Assembly (NCBI GenBank): GCA_964016885.1
Contig: OZ024741.1
Span: 179,738,001 to 179,802,000, forward strand
Reading direction: 5' to 3'
Origin: Eledone cirrhosa
Lineage: Eukaryota
Length of the DNA: 64,000 nt
In this document: positions 1 to 13,285 of the stretch, in pieces
Layout of the letters: every line of letters begins with the position of its first letter
Numbering within the stretch: the stretch's first letter is position 1
Program-made: the position numbers and the translations under genes
The notes under the pieces: generated by a model
Databases searched by the model: none
Told to the model about the DNA's origin: nothing
Seen by the model: only the letters and a program-made list of their open reading frames with translations

Positions 1-60
1 TGTCATTATATGCGTGTGTATGTGCGTGTATGTATACGTTCGCTTATGCTTTTGTTTTGC

Positions 61-117
61 AACAACAACAACAGCAACAACAACAACAACAACAGCAGCA
101 GCAACAGCAGCAGCAGC

Positions 118-184
<67 letters not shown>

Positions 185-318
185 GCAGCAGTAATAACAA
201 CAACAACAACAACTACTACTACAACAACAACAACAACAACAACTGCAGCAACAACAACGACAACAACAACAACAACAGCCGCAACGACTACAACAACAAC
301 AGCAGCAGCAGCAGCAGC

Positions 319-397
<79 letters not shown>

Positions 398-432
398 CCA
401 GAAACAACAACAACTACAACAACAACACCAGC

Positions 433-470
<38 letters not shown>

Positions 471-508
471 CGACGACGACAACAACAACAACGACAACAA
501 CAACAGCC

Positions 509-550
<42 letters not shown>

Positions 551-640
551 GCTACAACAACAACAACAACAACAGCAGCAGCAGCAGCAACAACAACAAC
601 AACAACAACAACAGCAACAGCAACAACAACAACAACAACG
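61..640. repeat. (AAC)n microsatellite with AGC/GAC interruptions
   Basis: Direct reading; the poly-N/T/L ORFs are its translations. Confidence 0.97.
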
Positions 641-989
641 ATAAAAGCAAACATAGTTCGTCCTTGAGATTATTGGAAAAAGGACAGATAAGGTAATAAG
701 AAAGGGGAAAAATTTAAATCATTAAAGTATGACAAACGTTTCGCAACGGGAAAAACGTGTGTGTAAACGATGAAAGCAATTATTGGCAAATTGTATAAAC
801 GTAGGGAATTTAAAGAGTTCGCTATTTTCTCTATTGAAAATCACAGTTTTTAATTTATCTACCATCAATTAAATAATCACATTCTACAAATATAATGTTT
901 TAAAAACATATTATAAAACAGATTTAATTTCTCTAAAAATAATTCTAAACATGATTTATTATTTTTTTTCTTATTTTATTTCATTCATT

Positions 990-1932
<943 letters not shown>

Positions 1933-2170
1933 AAACTTCTTTTGCTTTTGAAATTTTAAATTTGATGTTACAGAGAGGGAAACATATATGTGTCCATCTC
2001 TCTATATATATAACTTATAAAAGGAGGGACAAGTTCCAAGTCGAGTAGTATTTGAAACAAAGGATTTGTGAAGTCATGGGCGAAAACATATGAGCTGGAA
2101 GCCATTTTGATATTGTTTACCCATTGCTTTCTTTTTTGTTAACGTATTTATTATATTTCTGTGTATTCTA

Positions 2171-2415
2171 GTTGTTGTTGTTGTTATTTTTGTTGTTGTT
2201 GTTGTTGTTGTTGTTGTTGCTGTTGTTGTTGTTATTGTTGTTGTTGTCGTTGTTGTTGTTGACATCGTTGTGGTTGTCGTCGTCGTTGTTGTTGTTGTTG
2301 TTGTTGTCGTCGTCGTTGTTGTTGTTGTTGTTGTTGACATCGTTGTTGTTGAGATCGTTGTCGTTGTTGTTGTTGTTGTTGTTGTCGTCGTCTTCGTCGT
2401 TGTTGTTGACATCGT

Positions 2416-2449
<34 letters not shown>

Positions 2450-2504
2450 GTCGTCTTCGTCGTTGTTGTTGACATCGTTGTTGTTGTTGACATCGTTGTT
2501 GTCG

Positions 2505-2539
<35 letters not shown>

Positions 2540-2872
2540 GACATCGTTGTCGTTGTCTTTGTTGTTGTCATTACTATTGTGGTTGTTGTTGTTGTTATCA
2601 TTGCTGTTGTGGCTGTTGTTATTGCTGTTATTGTTGTGGCTGTTGTTGTTGTGGCTGTTGTTGTTGTTGTTGTTGTTGTTGTTGTCATTGCTGCTGTGGC
2701 TGTTGCTGTTGTTGTCGTCGTTGTTGTCGTTGTTATTGATATCGTCGTCTTTGTTGTTGTTGTTGTTGTCATTTCTGTTGATGTCACCATTGTTGTCATC
2801 GCTGTCCTCGTTGTCGTTGTCATCATTGTTGATGTCGTCATTGCTGTTGTTGTTGTTGTCGTTCCTGTTGTT
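2171..2872. repeat. (GTT)n/(GTC)n compound microsatellite
   Basis: Direct reading. Confidence 0.95.
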
Positions 2873-3135
2873 TAGCCTCAGGCCACCTTTGAATCAGGCG
2901 AACCCATGATCAATTAAAAGTATTCCATCCTCGTTTTATTTATTTATTCATTTATTTATTTATTCTTCTAGTTATTTATTTATTTAAATTTACTTTTTCA
3001 GTGTATTTAGCAGTGAGGGAAACAAAAAAAGAATGAATTGATCAAATAACCTGGATGTTGTTGTTACTGTTGGTGTAGTTGTTTAGTCTAAATCAGTCAC
3101 GACAGAGCAGACGTACTTCATCGTGGCCCCTATTT

Positions 3136-3304
3136 TAGGTTTCCCGAAACTTTTTCAAACGTGGAACCCTTTTTAGTTCAGAAACTTTTGGAGGGAACCC
3201 CAAAGTCTAATACTGTTATATGGTCGTAATATAAATATACTCCTCCACCTTTTTTCCACAGACCCCCAGACACTCCTTTGCGGAACCCACTTTGGGAACC
3301 ACTG
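3136..3304. mobile_element. hAT-type MITE, copy 1
   Basis: ggtttccc...tttgggaaccactg ends; homologous along its length to 12331-12515. Confidence 0.75.
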
Positions 3305-3381
3305 CTCCAGATCATCGCAAAAGGGCAATATCTTATTTCAAAACCTGAAAAAATAACTTGAAAATATCTAACTTTTTGGAA

Positions 3382-3997
3382 TCATAACTATATATAAAGT
3401 AAGGAGTGCAGGACTGCGTCCCGAATATATTTTTTTATCCCGTTTGTAAAATAAGTTGGATTACTTTGAATAAATAATTGTTTCTACTTTTGGCACAAGG
3501 CCAACAATTATCCAGTGCATTACAGGTACTTTATTGTATCGACCCCGTAAATGAATGAATATTACATAATTTACTGACTAAATTTCGTAGCTGTTGATTA
3601 CACATAAATATTCTTATATATAATGAGTGCTTATTTTAAGATTCACTTCTTTTAACATTTTCAATTGTCTACACTTCCGGTTAGCGTCCGCTATATCATA
3701 ACACTTATTACATTGCTTATGTAAACATCCATATATTTGCATCGTTATATAAGGTTTCATTACATTTCACCGTAATGCAGTTTATATACAATATCGTCTT
3801 TTTTTAAATGTATCCTGGATTACTTTACTGATTACAGAAGGGAGTGAAACACAGTCTCTCTTCAATTTCTGTGCATATTCTCAATTACGATTTTATTTGA
3901 CATATAATATCTACATGCATGTATATTTGCATATAATATCAACATGCGCACTATACATGCTAGCAGAAAACCAACCGAAAGGTGGTTTTTCTGCTAG
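3382..3997 (+). mobile_element. Non-autonomous Helitron, copy 1 (SINE fragment nested at ~3476-3550)
   Basis: A^TCATAACTATATATAAAG 5' end; 3' hairpin CTAGCAGAAAACCA..TGGTTTTTCTGCTAG^T; no TSD; homologous to 14283-14830 and 31577-32103. Confidence 0.8.
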
Positions 3998-4639
3998 TGA
4001 AACATAAATTAGCGTAAGGTGGACACTTCCTAAGATATTGTCAAAATGGAGAAACAACTACGCGAGAAAATATTGCCAAAAAAAAGGGGGAGGGGGGGGG
4101 GGGAGAAATGGAGACTCCTCCCCACCACCATTACTTTTAAGCGCATGTTTCTTATTGATAACTTTTCTTCGTTTATTGACTAATTGAAGGAAATAGAAAT
4201 AATTTTAGCGGTGAAAAAGAAATGAATTGATCAAATGACCTAGATGTTATTGATGTTACTGTTGATGTAGTTATTTAGTCCAAATGAGACGTGATAGAGC
4301 ATGATAGAGTTATGATTAAAGACGTTTTCGTCTTTCTCTAACCCACTGGTTCGCAAACTTCGCCTCCCGACGCGCTGGTGCACCGTGAAAGAGCAAGATT
4401 CTATTTCAAAATCTGAATAATACAAATTGAAAATTTTTATTTTCAGTTATACAAGAAAAAGATAACTGCTTATAATAGTAAAACAATTTAATAGTAAAAA
4501 CAATTTAATAGAAAAAGAAAAAAATAATAATTGAGAAGAAAGAATGGAATGTAAAATAAGAAAATATAAATAAAACGGAAAAAGGAAGGGAAAAGCAAGG
4601 GCTCTGGTGCACGGAAGAATGGGGAGGAAGAAGGGGGAG

Positions 4640-4925
4640 GGTGATTGGGTTCTGGGCCTAGGACGCGGCGGTAATGGTCAGCGACACCCGCTGCAACAGC
4701 CACCCCACCTCGTGGGGCTCCTTCCTCAGAAGGGCCGCCGACGTTCCGATCTTGCAGAGAGCTCGGCAATACGGGGTTAAAGTACGCCTGAGGTCTGGTC
4801 TCGCCAGTGACCGGTTCAAAGAGGAAGTGGCCGGACAATCCCCGGTATTTGTTTATCTTCTTTTCCTCTGCATAGCGGACCGCAGTACCGGGGTTTGTGG
4901 CTGAAGCAACTAAGTTGGAGTCAAC
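4640..4925 (-). pseudogene. Fragment of CRE-like non-LTR retrotransposon REL endonuclease C-terminus
   Basis: DSNLVASATNPGTAVRYAEEKKINKYRGLSGHFLFEPVTGET; paralogous to 10440-11105. Confidence 0.7.
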
Positions 4926-5098
4926 AAAGTTGATATATAACTTGAAAAATTGGGGAAACAATTAAACTAAGAATGAAAGCATTATCAGAAAAACATCAAG
5001 CGAATGTTTCTCATTGATAACTTTACACCATTTACCGACCAAAAAAGTCAATATAGATAATTTTATTGCATCTTTAATTATTTATATTTCTTCTTTAT

Positions 5099-5226
5099 CA
5101 GTGCCAGATTTAGGACAAATCAGGCCCTGTCCTAGTTAAGTTATGAGGCCCCTTACATGTTGTACCTTGAAGGAGGTAAACATTTTTTTTTAGCAGGATA
5201 CACCCCCTATCCTAAATCTGGCACTG
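5099..5226. mobile_element. hAT-type MITE
   Basis: 17-bp perfect TIRs CAGTGCCAGATTTAGGA/TCCTAAATCTGGCACTG; imperfect 8-bp TSD ttctttat/ttcttgtt. Confidence 0.8.
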
Positions 5227-5392
5227 TTCTTGTTAACTATGTTAATATGTTTAATTACCTCTTTTGAATACATTTTTGAATTTAGGTATAAAATGCCCCC
5301 CCCCCCCCCCCCCCCGCCTTCATCCGATATTTTTAGTTGTTCTAAAGTGCGCCGTGAGTAAAAAATGTTTGTGAAGTATATACCATATGGAC

Positions 5393-5560
5393 AGGGCGGT
5401 GACTTGGCAGAGTTGGGAGAAAGGTTGGATGAAATGAATGGTTTGTGGAGTCCGTTACAGTTCATTGCGTTCTCAGTTCGAATCCCGCCGAGACTAATTT
5501 TGTTATTTCATTACAAGATTACAGGATTGATAAATAAAGTACCAGTGCAGAACTGGTATC
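5393..5560 (+). mobile_element. tRNA-derived SINE family A, diverged copy
   Basis: gggcggtgacttggcagagttgg A-box, gttcgaatcccgccga B-box, ataaagtaccagt body. Confidence 0.7.
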
Positions 5561-5610
5561 GATTCTTCCTTTATCCACTAAACCAATACACACACACATA
5601 CGCACACACA

Positions 5611-5666
<56 letters not shown>

Positions 5667-5920
5667 TATATATATATATATAGCAGACCTGCTAACCTCT
5701 AGAAACACAAACGAGGAGTACCCTGAAAAAATGTGCTCCCAAACGGGGGAGAAATGAGACAAAATAGGGAGATTTTACATAATGAAAGCTATACCCAGTT
5801 TCACAAGAGAAGACATCTCTTACGCACCCCAAAGTGGGTGGGAGATCTCCCCGTCGGACAGGGAAAGTTGACAGGTCTGATATGTATGTATATATATATA
5901 TATTTTTTTTTCAGTGTGGT

Positions 5921-6045
5921 CATTGTTTCCGAAAAAGAGGGTCTGATCGAACCTATATATGAGGTCTGATAGTATACAGTTATATAACTGCTATAGATTA
6001 GACAATATGTCAATATCGACCTTCCAAAACGATCGTAAAACAATG
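5921..6045 (+). ncRNA. Decayed long-stem-II hammerhead motif
   Basis: cattgttt-CCGAAAA...AAAA-cgatcg-TA-aaacaatg; stems I and III match 11290-11428 but the core is mutated. Confidence 0.45.
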
Positions 6046-6204
6046 ATATGAATAGGTAAAATAACTTGACTTCGTTGTTTTTATTTTCATTGTTAATTTA
6101 ATACCTTATATATATATATATATTATATATATATATATATATTATATATATATATATATATAGAGAGCGAGAGAGAGAGAGAGAGAGCGTGAGGGAGAGA
6201 GATG

Positions 6205-6249
<45 letters not shown>

Positions 6250-7319
6250 GTAACCACCTTTCTTGAAAAAAAAAAAAAAATAACAAATTGCATTTATGAA
6301 CAGATCAATAAAAAATGTAACAAGTTGTTTCCCTTGGTTCAAATACCATTGAACATCATTCATGGCTTAAATTCTACTGGAACAGGCGATTGACCGCTCT
6401 AAGATGTTCTAATTATGTAAGACTGCTCGTTGATTATCTATATTTCACAAAAGCGTTTGTTTTAAACTCATATGTACTTGTATATCTGATTCTCTCTCCT
6501 TCTCTTTCTCACACATCTTCTCTGTTTTACAACAACAACAAAAAGAACTAAACTAAAAGAAAAGAAAGACGCGCTAAAATGCACACATCCCATTTACACG
6601 AAAATATTTGATGCAGTTGAATCAATACATGTTATTCTTTTTTTTTCTCCCTCTCATCATAAAACGATCATGTACTTTAGCATATCGTACAATTTGATTG
6701 ATTACTTACTTCCATCAATGAATTACACTCGGACTCAATCTGCCTGCGAGATATACTCTACTCGGACGATCGACTTGCTAGAAACAGCAGCCAATTCTAC
6801 ATCAAACAACATGCAATTGCTTAGACAAAAAGAATGATCTACCAGATAATATTGTTCTAGATTGTCTATTTTTGAAAGGAAGATGATGAAATAGTAAGTT
6901 GGAACGCTTTTGATAATAAATAGTTCTACTCGACCAGGACCAACTCGAGGTTGAACAACAATAACAACAGTAGCAGCAGCAACAACAACAAAAACAGCTG
7001 CAGCATCAGTAGTTAGCAGCAAACACCAATAATAACAAAAACAATTCATAATTGAGTACAATGATACTGAGACCCGTTTGAATGATATTGCGACTATGTG
7101 GCCCTTCACCTGCTGTCTAACCTAAAACAGTCTGACTGTCACCTCACTGACAATTGCGATGATAAATGAGAACAGCCTCCTGATTGTTTTCAGCGAATTT
7201 CAAGCGCAATTGTTCGTGAAAATGCCGCCAGCATTATATAATGTTTCAAAAACGACTTAAATGTTACCATATTAATTGTATTTATTACAAATATAGATGC
7301 GTGTGTGTTTTCGATTTCC

Positions 7320-7613
7320 ATCGGTTCCAACGACGAGAGCTTTTAATAGTTGTTTAACCAACGTGCGATATTAACATGCGAGTTGCTGAGTATTCCACAG
7401 ACGTGTACTTTTATCACAATTCTCAGGGAGATTCAGCGTGACACAGTGTGCGACAAGACTGGCCTTTTGAAGTACAGATACAATTAATTTTTGACAGCTC
7501 AGTGGACTGGAGCAACGTGAAATAATTTGTCTTGCTGAAGGACATAACTCGCTGCCAAGAATCGAACACGACTTTACGATAGTGAGCCGAAATTCTAATC
7601 ATTAAGCCACGCA
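7320..7613 (-). mobile_element. tRNA-derived SINE family B
   Basis: Reverse complement of tRNA-like head plus gtccttcagcaagac core and gaatctccctgagaa body shared with 16070, 18913 and 54249. Confidence 0.8.
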
Positions 7614-7700
7614 CTTTGACATAAATGTATCACATTAACACGTACACAACAAACTGTATGTACATACACATACAGTCATATGTACATGCCCCCCCCCCCG

Positions 7701-7792
<92 letters not shown>

Positions 7793-8144
7793 CTGTTATA
7801 TTTGGGGAGGGTCATATTGTTATAATATTGCCAGAAATAATAATAGAACACACTCACTGTTTGGTTTGGGTTTGTTTTCGCTTCTGTGTCTTTTATATCT
7901 CCATAGTTAATTTATCTGGCAATCAATGTTTATCATTTATTGACCAACGGTTAAAAATACAGACATAAATATATATATATATAGTCTATCGAAGTTCTTT
8001 CGTCACACATCTGTGACATCATCAGTTGTACTATTATGTTTCCTCCCGTTGTATAGTAATGCCTACGCCATTTTTATTCAATTTCTTCCCCAAATATAAC
8101 AATATTTGTTTCAACACACGATTTCATATCAAAAACCTTGCAAA

Positions 8145-8181
<37 letters not shown>

Positions 8182-8182
<1 letters not shown>

Positions 8183-8345
8183 CATCATCATCATCATCAT
8201 CGTTTAACGTGTATCTTCAACGCTAGCATGGGTTTAGACGGGAATTGTCCCACTTGAGGCAAGATTGGTCGGATGACCATGTCTCGCTCGTATAGGACTG
8301 TCTAGCAGGTTTTCTACGGCTGGATGCCCTTCCTAACACCAACAA
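8182..8345 (-). mobile_element. SINE fragment with Nin-like domain and (GAT)n tail
   Basis: rc ttggtgttaggaagggcatccagccgtagaaa, recalled as a Nin-domain-like motif. Confidence 0.55.
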
Positions 8346-8349
8346 CGTT

Positions 8350-8390
<41 letters not shown>

Positions 8391-8514
8391 CTGAGTGTTT
8401 CGAATATTAATAATAACATTCGATTCGTTTGCAATTATACAAACAAGCCACATTTTTATAGCCATGTCAGTAGAATGAACCCTTCATTCTTGCTCTTGTG
8501 TTGGCATGTAAACA

Positions 8515-8564
8515 GAACTGCAGACACTAATGTTTCTGGGTATCATCCTTCATCAGTACAGCTC
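8515..8564 (-). ncRNA. Minimal type I hammerhead ribozyme (H1)
   Basis: rc gagctgta-CTGATGA-aggatgataccca-GAAA-cattagtg-TC-tgcagttc; 8-bp stem I. Confidence 0.8.
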
Positions 8565-8785
8565 ACGTCATGAATGTAGGGTTCATTCTACTGACATGGC
8601 TATACAAATGAGGCTAGTTTGTATAATTGCAAACGAATCGAATGTTATTATTAATATTAGAAAAACTCAGATTACATTTATTGTATTCAGCCATGTAGAG
8701 CGAAAATTCTTTTTCTTTATTTGAATGTGGCAAAGTCGGCCATTTACGGCTCGTATACAGGAAACTGACTGGCCAGTCTGCTGAT

Positions 8786-8859
8786 ATGCAAATCTGACTG
8801 ATAAGTGGATCTGCTAATATGCAAATCTGATTGATCAGCCAGTCTGCTAATATGCAAAT
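8786..8859 (+). promoter_or_regulatory. Three ATGCAAAT octamers at 33-bp period
   Basis: ATGCAAAT at 8786, 8819 and 8852; function is inferred only. Confidence 0.45.
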
Positions 8860-8935
8860 CAGGCCGATCAGTCACTGTATATTTTAGAAAATAGCATATA
8901 TTCCCACTAGCTCTGACAGTTGGCAGGTGAGCAGT

Positions 8936-8985
8936 GAACTGCACTGATGAAGGGTGATACCCAGAAGCATTAGTGTCTGCGGTTC
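8936..8985 (+). ncRNA. Minimal type I hammerhead ribozyme (H1)
   Basis: gaactgca-CTGATGA-agggtgataccca-GAAG-cattagtg-TC-tgcggttc. Confidence 0.75.
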
Positions 8986-9349
8986 TGTTTACATGCCAAC
9001 ACAAGAGCAAGAATGAAGGGTTCATTCTACTGACATGGCTATAAAAATGAGGCTTGTTTGTATAATTGCAACCGAATCGAATGTTATTATTAATTATCGA
9101 AAAACTCAGATTACATTTATTGTATTCAGCCATGTGGAGCGAAACGGCTTGAGGTCTGCTGTCGGGGTTAAACATTTTCCTATATATATATAGTTAATAA
9201 ATGAGAGAAACAAATACAGGAGGCAATTTTACACAGTTATATTAGGTTCACGCTTGTAGGAAGTGGAGGAGGTTTCAACGTTTCGGATATATATATATAT
9301 ATATATATACGATATTAATAAATGGAAACTATATTTATAAAACCATATC

Positions 9350-9414
9350 TATTTCATTATACATATTTCAGGGATACCAAATTAAATTATGGTATGCCTT
9401 CATCAGACAAAATA
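9350..9414 (-). ncRNA. Minimal type I hammerhead ribozyme (H2)
   Basis: rc tattttgt-CTGATGA-aggcatacca..tggtatccct-GAAA-tatgta-TA-atgaaata; left arm of inverted repeat 9307-9416/9477-9586. Confidence 0.8.
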
Positions 9415-9478
9415 CAAAAACAATGGTTACATTTTAATAGGGTACGTCAAAGCTTATTTGTAAAACTGTTATATATTG

Positions 9479-9543
9479 TATTTTGTCTGATGAAGGCATA
9501 CCATAATTTAATTTGATATCCCTGAAATATGTATAATGAAATA
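9479..9543 (+). ncRNA. Minimal type I hammerhead ribozyme (H2)
   Basis: tattttgt-CTGATGA-stem II-GAAA-tatgta-TA-atgaaata. Confidence 0.8.
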
Positions 9544-9675
9544 GATATGGTTCTATAAATATAGTTTCCATTTATTAATATCGTATATCTATCTACTCCA
9601 AATACTTGTCGAGTGCTTTATATCAGTTATAAAAATATTTACTTGTTGTATCCCAACAACTTTAAATAGAACTTT

Positions 9676-9791
<116 letters not shown>

Positions 9792-9944
9792 ATTTCATAA
9801 TCATTTGGAACTTTAACTCTTGATGGAGTTGTGGTGATATACAACGTGTCTTGGGTATTTTAACTTTGGTAATTTTTTTCCAGAGAAAGAGTGAGAAAGA
9901 AGATGAGAAAGAGATAAAGAGGAAGGATCGGCCCCAATACTGGA

Positions 9945-10058
9945 TTGGTATGAAAGGCAAAGTTGATATCGGCGTTATTTGAACTCAGCTCAAAGAGCCG
10001 GAACGAATATCGCAAAGCATTCTATCCAACATTCTAACAACTATGCCAATTCCCCGCC
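9945..10058 (-). mobile_element. SINE family A, diverged partial copy
   Basis: tgaaaggcaaagttgatatcggcgttatttgaactcag...tgccaattccccgcc. Confidence 0.6.
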
Positions 10059-10439
10059 TACGCGCACGCACACACAGACACACAGACAGACAAACGGACA
10101 CACAGACTGACAGACGGACACACACTCACACACTATGTATGTTGACAAGACGTGATACTCGTGCATTGTTCATGCGGGGGTTTGCTTCTTGAGCGCTGCC
10201 GTGAGTTTAAATTGTAGACAATTTTGTCTGAGCCGAGTTATCAAAGAGGGAAATATATCGAAAGTTGTATTGGAAGTTTACACCAGATTTTGCAGGATTA
10301 GGACGAGAAATCTCAAACATCATTGCATGGTTCTAGAAGTAAGTATTTTATTCTTTGTCTAAAATTAAAGTTGTCTCGGTTCAACGCTACTTGCTGATAT
10401 AGAAACTCTCCTAAGACTATTCAACAGAATTCGTAATAT

Positions 10440-10925
10440 AATCGGCTTGTCTCCCCACAGCCCCGGCGGAGAGAATGGAAAAAGCGTTTCCCCGGAGGAC
10501 GGCAAGGAAAACGCGCTGGAAAAGCTATTCCAACTCGCGGGCTCACACCTGCGGCTGGCCAGCTCAGCACCTATGGTGGTGAATAGGGAGGTAGCCCTAG
10601 GGCCGAGGACACCAGAAGTCTCCACTGCCAAGAATACAACCGCAAACCTGTCGGAGAGCGACCGTATTTGAGGAGTTTGGCCTCCTCAGCCCGACGTGCA
10701 GCAGAACCTGGGTTAATCGCAGACTGCACCAGGTTGCGGCTGCAGAAAGTGTCGGTGAAAGTGGCATCCCAGACGAGGGGTTTGCCATCGCGGAACGGGA
10801 AAATGGTCAGCCCATCAGGCCTTTTGCCGTCCCCTCGGTCCAGCCCCACCGGCTCGAGCTGGGAAGGGAAGCCTGCAGCGTCCAAGCCATGCTTTATGAC
10901 CTCATTGAGGGCAGCATGGCGAAAA
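10440..10925 (-). pseudogene. CRE-like non-LTR retrotransposon 3' fragment (zinc-knuckle end plus REL endonuclease), frameshifted
   Basis: FRHAALNEVIKHGLDAAGFPSQLEPVGLDRGDGKRPDGLTIFPFRDGKPLVWDATFTDT...EEAKLLKY then AVETSGVLG after a frameshift. Confidence 0.8.
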
Positions 10926-11105
10926 AGCTCCGGTATTTGCTTGTCTTCCTGTCCTCTGAATTGCGGGCCGTGGTACCGGGGTTTGTGGCTGAAGCGACTA
11001 AGCCGGAGGCGAAGAACGTGTCACAACATGTCGCATCCCAGATAAGGGATTTACCTCTTTTGAAAGGAAAGAGGGTGATTCCGTCGGGGCGCTTGCCGCC
11101 CCACA
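10926..11105 (-). pseudogene. Second, divergent CRE-like REL endonuclease fragment
   Basis: GKRPDGITLFPFKRGKSLIWDATCCDTF...SATNPGTTARNSEDRKTSKY. Confidence 0.8.
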
Positions 11106-11289
11106 GTCGAAGCCTGCTGTGGTGGAAAGTTGACACTATCCAGGCTTAATTTCGCTTTACTTTATTTAATGACATTTGCAGATGTTTGGTTACATTTACT
11201 TTCACATATTTAACCCCGTAAAGTTAGATTTAATCTATATATATATTACACTCTATTATTTGTATCTTTTCAATAAAATTTCCCGAACC

Positions 11290-11428
11290 ATTGTTTCTGA
11301 GGATGTACGGCAGAATTAATGTATTTTATCGAGGCCAATACTCAGGAGTTGCACAACTGCCATAAATTAATCAATACATCGATAATATCTTGGTTTATTT
11401 TTGCCTTTTGAAACGATCGTAAAACAAT
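11290..11428 (+). ncRNA. Type I hammerhead with extended (~105 nt) stem II region
   Basis: attgttt-CTGAGGA...GAAA-cgatcg-TA-aaacaat; perfect 7-bp stem I, palindromic stem III loop. Confidence 0.65.
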
Positions 11429-11494
11429 AGGTTAATTAAATAGTAAACCTTGTCTTATATGTTTTTAATATTGAACTGTATGTATATATTATAT

Positions 11495-11590
<96 letters not shown>

Positions 11591-12330
11591 TTATGTGTAT
11601 GTGTGTACTTGTGTGTATGTGTGTGTGCATATATATATATATTTATACATAGTGTTATAGTAGTGTGCGAACGCATGGAAATGGCATTCTCCCACTATTT
11701 CAAATAAACCCAATTATAAAATTGTCTAATGTAATGAAATTATTAATTTCCACATCTGAAAGAAATATGAGTATAATTCATTAACTGCTTCAATTCTTTT
11801 TGCTTCAGTTGAACTGCTTGTGTATAAACTTGAAAGCATTGAGATTTTCAGTCGTTATCGCATTACTTAATAGATATATATAAAAAGTAATGACTCCAAA
11901 AATAATAGCTGCGCCCTTTAATTTCTTAGAAGCTGATGGCCGCTCCTCTCACTTTGATGTTAGTATTCTCAAATACCTGAAATCACGATAAAAAATGTTG
12001 AGTCTTATATTTGCTTGTCTATTTCATTATATTCCGAAGGTATTTTATTTATTATTTTAAATTAAAAATAATACGCATTCTGGAAGATTATTGTACCAAC
12101 GTTAGTGTGGTGTCGGATGAAATGTGAGCAGCGAAGGTGAAATCTTTCTCCGTTGTGTACTGCTCACAGAATTACAATGACTGAAAATGGAAAAAGAGAT
12201 GATTCAGCAAAGCTGGAGGAGATCATTTTGGCTACAGACCAAACGAGAGAGCTTGCGAGCTATGTGATGCTTGATAGAATCCTTCGCAGTACGGACAGTG
12301 CACTTGCAAGAATTTCGATACTGTGTAAAT

Positions 12331-12515
12331 CAGGGTTTCCCAAATTTTTTGAAACGTGGAACCCTTTTTGGTTCAGAAACTTTTTGGGGAACCCCAAAGT
12401 CTAATAATGTCATATGGTCATAATATAAATATACTCTTCTACCCTTTTTCACAGAACTCCAGACACTCCTTTGAAAAACCCTTGGGTTCCACGGAACCCA
12501 CTTTGGGAACCATTG
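12331..12515. mobile_element. hAT (Charlie-like) MITE, copy 2
   Basis: TIRs cagggtttcccaaa/tttgggaaccattg; 8-bp TSD gtgtaaat/gtgtaaac. Confidence 0.85.
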
Positions 12516-13242
12516 GTGTAAACGCTATCCAATTTTAGGAAATAGCTACTGTTTCCAGGCGTTGTAGGCTTTGCTTTTCTTTTACTGAATCGCTGAAGCG
12601 CAGTTATGAGCTGCCGGGAACCCATGTTTTTAGAGACCTCGAGATTCAGTTTGAATGTTCCACCTTTTGTATTTTACTCACTCTCACCATATTTTAAATT
12701 TAAGTGATAACTGTTTTTTTTTTTTTTTAACTTCTCACAATATTTTCCATTCAGGTTGTGACCACGTAGATATATATAAGTGTATAAGTATACGTCGTTT
12801 GCATGCGGAGTGTTATTTTGCTGACATTCTTGAACTCCAGTTTGTCACTTCTACAAAAATACACAAAGACACACTTAACGAAAGCAGTAGTTTTGTGACA
12901 CATTACAAGAAATGGTAAAATTTATTTGATGTCTCTTCCGCTCTTTATCTTTCCCAAGCTGTATTTTTCTGTGGCAATACTTTTTCTCTTTGCTTTTAAC
13001 CAACGAGTATTGTCTCATTATCTGCTTACAATACTATATATATGATTTATCATCTGAATAATTTATATTATATAAGTATGTATACATACATATATGTATA
13101 CAGACGTACACTAGTATGTACATACATACATACATTCACACATATATATACGTATGGGTTTACCGAACATTTATTATAATGCCCGGTTTGTTTGAAAAAG
13201 CAAACAACCATCGATGCCCTTTTGTTCAACAGTGACTAAGGA

Positions 13243-13285
13243 ACGATGAACTAGTTTCTAGCTTATTAGCTGTCATCAGCATCGT
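13243..13285 (-). ncRNA. Minimal type I hammerhead ribozyme (H3)
   Basis: rc acgatg-CTGATGA-cagctaataagcta-GAAA-ctag-TT-catcgt. Confidence 0.85.

Larger units (their letters stand above)
8389..9155 (+). mobile_element. Hammerhead-bearing small element family H1 (inverted segment plus ~1.3-mer tandem, 439-bp period)
   Basis: 8389-8566 is inverted relative to ~8934-9112; agggttcattctactgac repeats at 8578 and 9017; (TA)n flanks; another copy at 55068-55692. Confidence 0.8.

Noticed and set aside
7985-8030. Minus-strand CTGATGA-tgtcaca/tgtgac-GAAA hammerhead candidate
   Set aside because: Good core and stem II, but stem I does not close next to the core; probably a decayed copy, not called
12153-12404. 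83-aa non-repetitive ORF
   Set aside because: Runs into a MITE, has no recognisable domain and no splice support
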